From Alphaproteobacteria bacterium (lineage in GTDB: Bacteria > Pseudomonadota > Alphaproteobacteria > Micavibrionales > UBA2020): a stretch of DNA of 64,000 bases. A program made the position numbers and the translations under genes. Below the pieces are notes generated by a model, which was given only the letters and a program-made list of their open reading frames with translations, was not told the origin of the DNA and did no database searches. The stretch covers positions 26,666 through 90,665 of the forward strand of contig JAICWS010000004.1 of the NCBI GenBank assembly GCA_025934695.1, read 5' to 3'. This document shows, in pieces, positions 37,286-44,870 of this stretch (the first letter of the stretch is position 1; every line of letters starts with the position of its first letter).

Positions 37286-38157
37286 TGTAACGGCGGCTCC
37301 TTCTCCAGCATTTTGTTTTCCAGCAGGTATTTGAACAGGCCTGCCGACACCTCGCGCCGGTGCGCGACGCAGGCGGGATCGTTCCAAGCCTCTTCGCGCA
37401 GATCATGCGGCGACGGCAGGCCGGCATCCCGATAGACATCCGGGTTGTAATATTCGCGCCATGTCGAGAGGATAAAATTGCTCAGGTTCTCGCGCACGCC
37501 CGCCAGCACCTCCTGCGTCCACTGCGGCGCATGGGCCTGGAACAGGTGTTTCGTCAGCTTGCGGCCGAAAACGAGGTGCCTTGCCTCGTCGCGGTGATGG
37601 AGGAGGTTGATCGCCCGCGCGGTCGGTTCCAGCGCCGGGTCTTTCGACATTTTGACGTTATAAAACTCGACAATTTCCTCGAAGATCAGCGTGTGGGCGA
37701 AGAACAGGAAATCCTCCTCCCCGTCAGCGAAGTCGCGCGGAAAGGCGAGGTGCCTGTCGGGATATATCTTGCCCGCATATTTCTCGCAGAAAGTCGCGAA
37801 GTAGATCATGTGGTTGTTTTCTTCGGCCAGGAAATGGTGCAGGTAGGGCGAGACATCCCGGTGTTCCGGCCGGTAAAGGCGCTCGGCGATGCCCTTGCAT
37901 AGCGGGCGCTCGCCATGGATGTTCAGGCTGTAAAAATTGACGGCTTCGAAAAAGCTCAGTTCCTTGCGTTTTTCCTCCGTCAGCGCCTCATAGGCGGGCG
38001 TGCCGTTCAGGGAAATGAAGCGCGGGCTGGTGAACCACTGGGCGCGGTCCATTTTCTCCGGCCAATCGATGGCAGCGTAAGGATTCCTGAAGTCGCCGAT
38101 GGAAACATCGTGCAGTTTCTTGACGGTGTCCCGCAGGTCTGGGGGAATGGCGTTCAT
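37282..38157 (-). CDS. AurF/CmlI-like diiron oxygenase
   Basis: NPYAAIDW, HGE, EENNH, IFEE, HHRDEARH. Confidence 0.88.
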   Translation of the reverse strand: MNAIPPDLRDTVKKLHDVSIGDFRNPYAAIDWPEKMDRAQWFTSPRFISLNGTPAYEALTEEKRKELSFFEAVNFYSLNIHGERPLCKGIAERLYRPEHRDVSPYLHHFLAEENNHMIYFATFCEKYAGKIYPDRHLAFPRDFADGEEDFLFFAHTLIFEEIVEFYNVKMSKDPALEPTARAINLLHHRDEARHLVFGRKLTKHLFQAHAPQWTQEVLAGVRENLSNFILSTWREYYNPDVYRDAGLPSPHDLREEAWNDPACVAHRREVSAGLFKYLLENKMLEKEPPLQ

Positions 38158-39101
38158 GTCTTCTCCAGTATCAGACCCTGCCAGTTCAGACCGAAGCCCG
38201 CCATGGTCAGCATCAGCCTGTCGCCGGCTTTGAGCTTTCCGCTGTCGAGCAGGTGTTTGAGGTTGATGATGTTGTCGGCGCTGATGACATGACCGATATC
38301 CGCGATCGTCGGGTAATAGATTTTTTCGGAATTTATGCCGGCCAGGCGCGATAGCACCTGCCAGGCCTTGACGTTGGTGTTCTGCGACACGACATAGGCG
38401 AGGGCGGCGGCGTTCATGGACGCCTTCGCCAGCAGTTCGGAAATCATCTTGTGCATGTAGCTAAAGAAGACGCCGACAGTTTCATCGTCCTTGGCCTGCG
38501 CCAGTGCGCCGTTCGTGATCTGGTGCGCGGCCACGAGCCGGAAAGGGCCCGGCTGCGTCGATACCGTACAGGCGGCGGCACCGTCGGAAATCAGGTTGTA
38601 GGATTGCTCGTAGACCGCCCCCGCCGGGAAGCGGTCGGCGGAGACGCAAAGGATCGTTTCCAGCTCCGGCTCGCTGCGCAGCATCGTTCCCGCGAAGCGG
38701 ATCGAGCCCAGCATGCTCGTGCAGGCCTGCTGGTTGAGGCCGACGACAAAGGCTTTATCGAGACCGAAATCGCTTTGCAGGTGGCTGCCCGGGTAATCCA
38801 TGAGATATTTGACGTCGCGCGTCCGGGCGTAGTCTTCATTCTTCCCGATGTTGCCGTTGCAGGTCAGGCAGGTAGCGTAAATGATCGCGCCGGCATTCGC
38901 AAGGTGCGCGGCGATGGGCCGGACGGCGCCCGCCGCGAGGTCGTAGGGCGTCTGGTTTTCCGCGCACATGTGATGGCGGCGAAACCCCGCTTCTTGCAGG
39001 CTGCGGACGTCGGTGATCGTGCGCCCGGCGGCGGCGCTGTCTTCCAGCGGCACGCGGTTGTCGCCGAGCGAATAACTGAGATGGTCGATAAAAATGTCCA
39101 T
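38154..39101 (-). CDS. KAS III (FabH)-fold acyltransferase, CerJ/ChlB6-like
   Basis: QQACTS catalytic Cys; SDGAAA; HQAN replaced by QNTN and GN replaced by GHVISAD; GFGLNW. Confidence 0.85.
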   Translation of the reverse strand: MDIFIDHLSYSLGDNRVPLEDSAAAGRTITDVRSLQEAGFRRHHMCAENQTPYDLAAGAVRPIAAHLANAGAIIYATCLTCNGNIGKNEDYARTRDVKYLMDYPGSHLQSDFGLDKAFVVGLNQQACTSMLGSIRFAGTMLRSEPELETILCVSADRFPAGAVYEQSYNLISDGAAACTVSTQPGPFRLVAAHQITNGALAQAKDDETVGVFFSYMHKMISELLAKASMNAAALAYVVSQNTNVKAWQVLSRLAGINSEKIYYPTIADIGHVISADNIINLKHLLDSGKLKAGDRLMLTMAGFGLNWQGLILEKT

Positions 39102-39650
39102 TCACACACCCGGAAAGAAGCGCCCGGTCGTCGTCATATATTTCTTATAATCTTCGCCGAATGCAGACGCGGACAGGAAGCGTTCCTCGCGCGCGGCGGT
39201 GACATTCAGGATACCGATGCCCAGCGCCAGCGCGGCCAGTGTGCCGACATGCGGGCAATAGAAAACCGCGCCGATCAACATCAGCAGGAACGACGTGTAG
39301 AACGGATGGCGGATTCTCTTATAGGCGCCGTAGGTGACAATGCTTTTCGGCGCGTCGTTGCTCTGGTGCCACAATGCGAGCGGCGTCTGGTGCGTTCCGA
39401 CGGTGTAAAGCATGAGGCTGATGGACGCGACGCTGAACGGCACGGAGAGGACTTCGAACGGCGGGTACGAGAAGAACGGCGGAAAGACGTGGAAGTAGGC
39501 AAGCAGCAGCGTCAGCGTCATGAGGCCGAAGGGCGATCCCGTGACCCACCACATGAGATTGAATTTTCCATCCGACTTGAAGAACACGAACGGGAGCGAC
39601 GCCAGCCAGCCCCAGTTGAGTAAATACAATACAAGTATGCCCCGATCCAT
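39102..39650 (-). CDS. Isoprenylcysteine carboxyl methyltransferase (ICMT/PEMT)-family membrane methyltransferase
   Basis: TM helices; IVTYGAYKRIRHPFY; EERFL..FGEDYKKY..TGRFFP. Confidence 0.88.
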   Translation of the reverse strand: MDRGILVLYLLNWGWLASLPFVFFKSDGKFNLMWWVTGSPFGLMTLTLLLAYFHVFPPFFSYPPFEVLSVPFSVASISLMLYTVGTHQTPLALWHQSNDAPKSIVTYGAYKRIRHPFYTSFLLMLIGAVFYCPHVGTLAALALGIGILNVTAAREERFLSASAFGEDYKKYMTTTGRFFPGV

Positions 39651-39690
39651 TGCCGCCCCACCTATGAAAAAATCATACCGCAATAGCCAT

Positions 39691-41190
39691 TCATGGTACT
39701 GGTATCAAATCCTGCGTTTCAAGCCATTTCTCCACGAGGAAGCGTCGCGTCTTGAGGGAATTCGTCTTTGCCAGCGGCTCCTTGCTGACGGCGATCCATC
39801 GCGGGCGCTTGTAGGAATCCAGCGCCTTTGAAAAAGCGGAGATTTCATCGGCTAGTTTTCCCGTCTCCGTCGCATATTTGTCAGATAGATGCAGGACGAG
39901 GCACAGGCCTTCGCCCGCGACGCCGTCTGGAACATGGACGATGCAGGCTTCCTTGACGGCGGGCAGCCGCAGAAAATATTCCGCCAGTTGTTCCGGATAC
40001 ACATTCTTGCCGCAGGACAGGATGATCAGGTCTTTCTTGCGGCCCTGCAGGTAGAGATATCCCTCGGCGTCGAAGCTGCCAAGATCGCCGGTGCGCAGCC
40101 AGTCGCCGTCGAAGGCGGCGCGCGTCTGCTCTTCGTCGCGGAAATAGCCCTTCATTACGTTCGAGCCGCGGACAAGGATCTCGCCGTCAGGCGCAATCCG
40201 GACTTCCATGCCCGGATAAACGCGGCCGACCGAGCCGGGCCGGTTGTGGGCGGGCGTGTTCGATGCGATTACGGGGCTTGTTTCCGTCATGCCATAGCCT
40301 TGGCACACGGTCACGCCGGCGGAACGGAAGAAATCGATATGCTCCGCCGCCAGCGGCGCACCGCCGCAAAGGATCGCCTTGAAACGCGGCCCGAAGGGCG
40401 CCTTGTCGCCCGGCTGCATCGCGCGCTGCGTCAGCGTCAGCAGCCGTGGCACCATAACCATGAAGGCGACGCCATGCTGTTTTGCGGCCGCCATGACGTC
40501 ATGCGGGTAGATGCTGTCGCAGAAATGCGCGTGAAGCCCCGCCGACAGCGGGCACAGGAAGCCCAGGGCCAGCTCCATCATGTAATTCAGGGGCAAAATC
40601 GACAAGATGGAATCATCCGGCGCGGCGCCCATGAAATCGATAGAGGGCATGACCTGCGACAGCATGTTCCTATACGTCGCCATGATGCCTTTGGGCGCGC
40701 CGGTGGTGCCCGAGGTATAGATGATGACCATGACATCATCCATGCGGCGGGTGGAGATGTCAGGCTTTGCTTCCGCGCCGCCCGGGAAGGGCCGCCCCAG
40801 CACCTGGCAGGGAACATTGCTGGCCTGCGAGACGGTTTTTTCGAATTCCGGCCCGCAAATGACCAGCGACGGATCCGCATGCGCGATGACCGCCCGCAGG
40901 TCGGCGGGCGTCATCATGATGTCCAGCGGAATGATGGTCGCGCCACTGAACAGGATTCCGAAGAAAGCCATGCCCCAGTCCGTCCCCGGCCGGGCCAGGA
41001 GGCAAACGCGATTGCCGGGGCGGATGCCGAGAGATGCGATATGCCGCGAAAATTCCTCCGCCTGCGCCAGCAACTGGCTGTATGACAATGTTCCCTTGCG
41101 GTCGGACAGGGCGCGCTTGTCGCCGTGCCCCGCGAAGGCATCGGACAGGATCGCCAGGTTCGGCGCCAGTAAGTCAGGATGAAGGTCCAT
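39691..41190 (-). CDS. AMP-dependent acyl ligase (long-chain fatty acid CoA/ACP ligase)
   Basis: IYTSGTTGAPKG, GGAPL, QGYGMTE, TGDLG, GRKKD, GKNVYPE. Start taken as ATG 41190 (ORF track gives 41229). Confidence 0.92.
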   Translation of the reverse strand: MDLHPDLLAPNLAILSDAFAGHGDKRALSDRKGTLSYSQLLAQAEEFSRHIASLGIRPGNRVCLLARPGTDWGMAFFGILFSGATIIPLDIMMTPADLRAVIAHADPSLVICGPEFEKTVSQASNVPCQVLGRPFPGGAEAKPDISTRRMDDVMVIIYTSGTTGAPKGIMATYRNMLSQVMPSIDFMGAAPDDSILSILPLNYMMELALGFLCPLSAGLHAHFCDSIYPHDVMAAAKQHGVAFMVMVPRLLTLTQRAMQPGDKAPFGPRFKAILCGGAPLAAEHIDFFRSAGVTVCQGYGMTETSPVIASNTPAHNRPGSVGRVYPGMEVRIAPDGEILVRGSNVMKGYFRDEEQTRAAFDGDWLRTGDLGSFDAEGYLYLQGRKKDLIILSCGKNVYPEQLAEYFLRLPAVKEACIVHVPDGVAGEGLCLVLHLSDKYATETGKLADEISAFSKALDSYKRPRWIAVSKEPLAKTNSLKTRRFLVEKWLETQDLIPVP

Positions 41191-41392
41191 GTCGAGCAGC
41201 GCCCCCAAAGCCGCTATTCCCCGCAACAATGCCAGAGCAATATAGTAGCCGGGGACCGCCGAAAGTATCCGCAGTAATTTTGGAAGATTGAGTTGTAATT
41301 AAACTTCATTATTATGTCATTACTTGACCTTGCCATAAAAGCCGTCTATCGTCCTGCCATCCACATAACCGACACAACCAGAGCAGGGCCAA

Positions 41393-42853
41393 ATGACCGA
41401 CAAGCCGTTGCCGACGGATCCGTTTTTCAAGCATACGGACCTGACGCCTGAATCCGCGCGCGAGATCGTGAAACAGGGATTGAAGGGCGCCGATTACGGC
41501 GAGTTCTACCAGGAAGTCGTCGAGCGGGAGTCCATCGTCAAGGACAAGGGCGAATTCACCAGCGTGTCGGTCGGCGACAGCAAGTCGGGCTTCGGCTTCC
41601 GCGTGGGGCAGGAAGAGCGCGTCGGCTATTCCTTTTCCGACGTGTTCAACGAAGCCGCGCTGAAAGACGCCGTCGGCCGCGCGCGCCAGGTTTTGAAAGA
41701 CAAGCCGCAGGCGGAAGAAAAACAATCGCCGCCGAAAGTGGCGACGGAGCTTTATCCGCAACAGAACCCCATGCAGAACATGGAACTGGCGGAGAAGATC
41801 GCGAAGATCGACGAGATCGAAGCCTATGTGAAGCAGCTCGACCCGCGCATCACCAACGTGACGCTGCAATATGCGTCGACCTCGAAGAACGTTCACATCA
41901 TCACGGCGGAAGGCGACAGCCTGGTCGACCAGCGTCCCAACACGGCCTTGTACATCCGCGTCACCCTGACCGACAAGGACGGCAAGAGCGAAACCGGCAT
42001 GGCGCTGACAGGCGGCCCGGTCGATTGCACCGCCGTGTTCGATGAATCCTCGTGGAAAAAGGGCGCCGCCAAGGCGCTGCACCAAGCCGAAATGCTGCTG
42101 ATCGCCGAAGAGGCGCCGGCGGGCGTGATGGACGTGGTGCTGAATCACGGCTGGCCCGCCGTCATCCTGCATGAAGCGATCGGCCACGGTCTCGAGGGCG
42201 ATTTCAACCGCCGCGGCATCTCCGTGTACAGCGGAAAGATCGGCCAGCAGATCGCGGGGCCCGAAGTGACCGTCGTGGACCAGGGGAATTTGCCCGGCGA
42301 GCGCGGCAGCCTGCACTTCGACGACGAAGGCACGCCGACGCAGGAAAACGTGCTGATCGAAAACGGCGTCCTGAAAAACTACATGCAGGACCGCCAGAAC
42401 GCGCAGCTGATGGGCGTCGAGCCCACGGGCAACGGGCGCCGCCAGAGCTACGCCCATACGCCGATGCCGCGCATGACCAACACCTATTTCCGCAACGGCA
42501 CGCATGACCCGGCCGACATTATCAAGTCGGTCAAGGACGGCCTCTACATCGAGGACATGGGCGGCGGTCAGGTGGATATCACCTCGGGCAAGTTCAACAT
42601 GAACTGCACGCTCGCCTACAGGATCCGTGATGGAAAGCTGTGCGAGCCCGTGAAGGGTGCGACGCTGGTGGGCGACGGCCTTACCGTCATCAAGTCCATC
42701 ACCATGGTCGGCAACGACCTGTCGATCGAAAAGAGCGCCGGCATGTGCGGCAAGAACGGCCAGAGCGTGGTCGTCAGCTGCGGCCAGCCGACCGTACGCG
42801 TGTCGAACATGACCGTCGGCGGCAGCAAAAAACAAGCGCCCAAGGCGCCGTAA
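41393..42853 (+). CDS. tldD: Metalloprotease TldD
   Basis: LHEAIGHGLEGD, GNGRRQSYAH, PRMTNT, GGGQVD, CGKNGQ, GQPT. Confidence 0.96.
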   Translation: MTDKPLPTDPFFKHTDLTPESAREIVKQGLKGADYGEFYQEVVERESIVKDKGEFTSVSVGDSKSGFGFRVGQEERVGYSFSDVFNEAALKDAVGRARQVLKDKPQAEEKQSPPKVATELYPQQNPMQNMELAEKIAKIDEIEAYVKQLDPRITNVTLQYASTSKNVHIITAEGDSLVDQRPNTALYIRVTLTDKDGKSETGMALTGGPVDCTAVFDESSWKKGAAKALHQAEMLLIAEEAPAGVMDVVLNHGWPAVILHEAIGHGLEGDFNRRGISVYSGKIGQQIAGPEVTVVDQGNLPGERGSLHFDDEGTPTQENVLIENGVLKNYMQDRQNAQLMGVEPTGNGRRQSYAHTPMPRMTNTYFRNGTHDPADIIKSVKDGLYIEDMGGGQVDITSGKFNMNCTLAYRIRDGKLCEPVKGATLVGDGLTVIKSITMVGNDLSIEKSAGMCGKNGQSVVVSCGQPTVRVSNMTVGGSKKQAPKAP

Positions 42854-42866
42854 GAGGAGAGAAGCA

Positions 42867-44225
42867 ATGTCCAGATCCAAGCAAGATTTCCTCGACGAGG
42901 CGCATCCGCTGGCCGAAAGCCTGCTCGACTACGCTAAATCAGGTACTACGTATGGCGTCACCGACGCGAAGGTCGTCATTTCCTCCAACGATAAGCAGGA
43001 AATCAGCGTCGAGAAGGGCGAAGTCGCCAAATCCGTCTCGGGCGTCACCTATTCCGTCTCGATCACGCTCTATGCCGGCGACCGCACCATTTCCTTCAGC
43101 CGCAACACGATGGACGAGGCCGAGCTCAAAGAGGCGATGCTGAAGAACATGAAGGCCCTCAGCGTCGTGCCCGCCAACCCCAACAAGCGCCTGCTGGAAT
43201 CCGGCAAAGTGTTCAAGGGTTCGGATATAGACCTGAATCTCGTCGATCCTCATCCCCCTTCGTCGGAAGACCTGCTCGATTACGCGAAGCAGGTCGAGGC
43301 GGCGGCGCTGGCCGAGCCCGGCGTCAAGGGCACGCGTTCCGTCGGCGTGTCGAAACTGGACAGCCATTTCCTCGTCCTCGCCACCAACGGCCTCGATCAC
43401 CACGAAAGCAAGACGCGCTACTCCGCGAGCGCGCAGGTCGTCGCCGAGGACGCGAGCGGCATGCAGATCGACGGCGATTCAAGCGTCGCGCGCCACTTCA
43501 ATGACATGTCGAAGCCCGAAGCTTTGGGGAAATCATCCGCTAAGAGCGCGCTTGCGAAGCTCAGCGCCACGCTGCCCACGACCGGCGAAATGCCCATCGT
43601 GCTCGACCATGATGCGGCGGAAGATTTCTTCAGCGCCGTCTACGCGGCCGTCGACGGCACTGCGCTGCATCGCGGCGCTACCTACATGAAGGACAAGCTC
43701 GGCCAGCAGGTGATGAGCTCAGAAGTCACGCTGGTGGACGATCCGTCCATTCCGAAGGGCCTCGGCTCCGGCCTGGCCGACACGGCGGGGATCGAAAGCA
43801 AGCCCGTCACCTTCATTGAAAATGGCATGCTGAAAGCCTTCAACGCGAGCCTGATGGAATCGCGCCAGCTCGGCATCGCGCCGACGGGCCGCGAAAACGG
43901 CCCCACCAACGGCATCATCAAGCCCGGCGCCGTGACGCCCGATGAACTGATATCCGACATCAAGGAAGGCATTTATATCCGCGGCTTCAACGGCGGCACG
44001 GTCGACGTCAACAACGGCCTCTATTCGCGCCAGGCCTATGGCAACCTGATCGAGAACGGCAAGATCACCGATACCGCGGTCGCCGGTTTCGTCGTCTCGG
44101 GCAACCTAAAGGACATGTTCATGAATGTCGTCCTCGCCGACGACACGCCCGACATGCCGAGCACCCGCCACCAGCTGGCCGCGCCGACGACGCGCATCAA
44201 CGGCGTGACGATAGCCGGGAAATAA
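42867..44225 (+). CDS. pmbA: TldE/PmbA family protein
   Basis: Follows tldD; PmbA-like C-terminal motifs (VTLVDDP, IENG, GNLKDMF, PTTRI..VTIAG); no HExxxH. Confidence 0.9.
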   Translation: MSRSKQDFLDEAHPLAESLLDYAKSGTTYGVTDAKVVISSNDKQEISVEKGEVAKSVSGVTYSVSITLYAGDRTISFSRNTMDEAELKEAMLKNMKALSVVPANPNKRLLESGKVFKGSDIDLNLVDPHPPSSEDLLDYAKQVEAAALAEPGVKGTRSVGVSKLDSHFLVLATNGLDHHESKTRYSASAQVVAEDASGMQIDGDSSVARHFNDMSKPEALGKSSAKSALAKLSATLPTTGEMPIVLDHDAAEDFFSAVYAAVDGTALHRGATYMKDKLGQQVMSSEVTLVDDPSIPKGLGSGLADTAGIESKPVTFIENGMLKAFNASLMESRQLGIAPTGRENGPTNGIIKPGAVTPDELISDIKEGIYIRGFNGGTVDVNNGLYSRQAYGNLIENGKITDTAVAGFVVSGNLKDMFMNVVLADDTPDMPSTRHQLAAPTTRINGVTIAGK

Positions 44226-44870
44226 TCAGTTCCTGAAAGGCAGGCTGAATATCTTCGCCGCGCCGAGCACATGGATGCGCGGCGACTGAAATAGTTTTCT
44301 GATGGCCGGGTCGCTGACCGCGAGGCCGCCGGTGTAGGCGCCGAAGGCGGGAAGGATGAACTTGCGCCCGTCCTCGATAAAGCACGGGCGTTCGAACTGG
44401 CCGCCCTTGTGCGTGATCTGCGCCTTGGGATGAAAGTGGCCGCTCATTTCATTCTCCGCGCCGGGCGCGGCTTCATGCCGGAAGGTGATGCCCGCATGTT
44501 CGAAGATGTCAAAGGCCGTAAAGCCGGGCGGCACGAATTCTCCGTCGTGATTGCCCTTGATCCAGATGGGATCGAAGCGGCGCAGCGCATCGAAAAGTTC
44601 GCGCGCGGGCGGGTCGAGGCGCGAGAAGCCTTCTTCGTCATGAAAGCAGTCGCCGAGGACAATGACCTGCCTGACACGCTGTTCATGGAAGATTTTGAGC
44701 ATTTTCACCAGCGTGGCATGACTGTCATAGGGCGGCAGGAAGTAACCGCGGCCGGCGAAGTGCGAGCCTTTTTCAAGGTGCAGGTCGGAGACGATGGCAA
44801 TGCCGCCCGGCAGGAAAGCCATGCCGGAATGATGCAGGATGATATCCTGGCCCCCGAATTTGATCTTCAT
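44226..44870 (-). CDS. pdeM: Ligase-associated DNA damage response endonuclease (metallophosphoesterase)
   Basis: SDLHLEKGS, LPPYDS, LGDCFHD, GNHD, GHFHPK, LPAFGAYTGGL. Confidence 0.93.
   Translation of the reverse strand: MKIKFGGQDIILHHSGMAFLPGGIAIVSDLHLEKGSHFAGRGYFLPPYDSHATLVKMLKIFHEQRVRQVIVLGDCFHDEEGFSRLDPPARELFDALRRFDPIWIKGNHDGEFVPPGFTAFDIFEHAGITFRHEAAPGAENEMSGHFHPKAQITHKGGQFERPCFIEDGRKFILPAFGAYTGGLAVSDPAIRKLFQSPRIHVLGAAKIFSLPFRN

Noticed and set aside
41393-44225. TldD/E as the maturation protease of the adjacent biosynthetic operon
   Set aside because: It is divergently transcribed, widely conserved housekeeping, and the operon is carrier-protein based with no precursor peptide.
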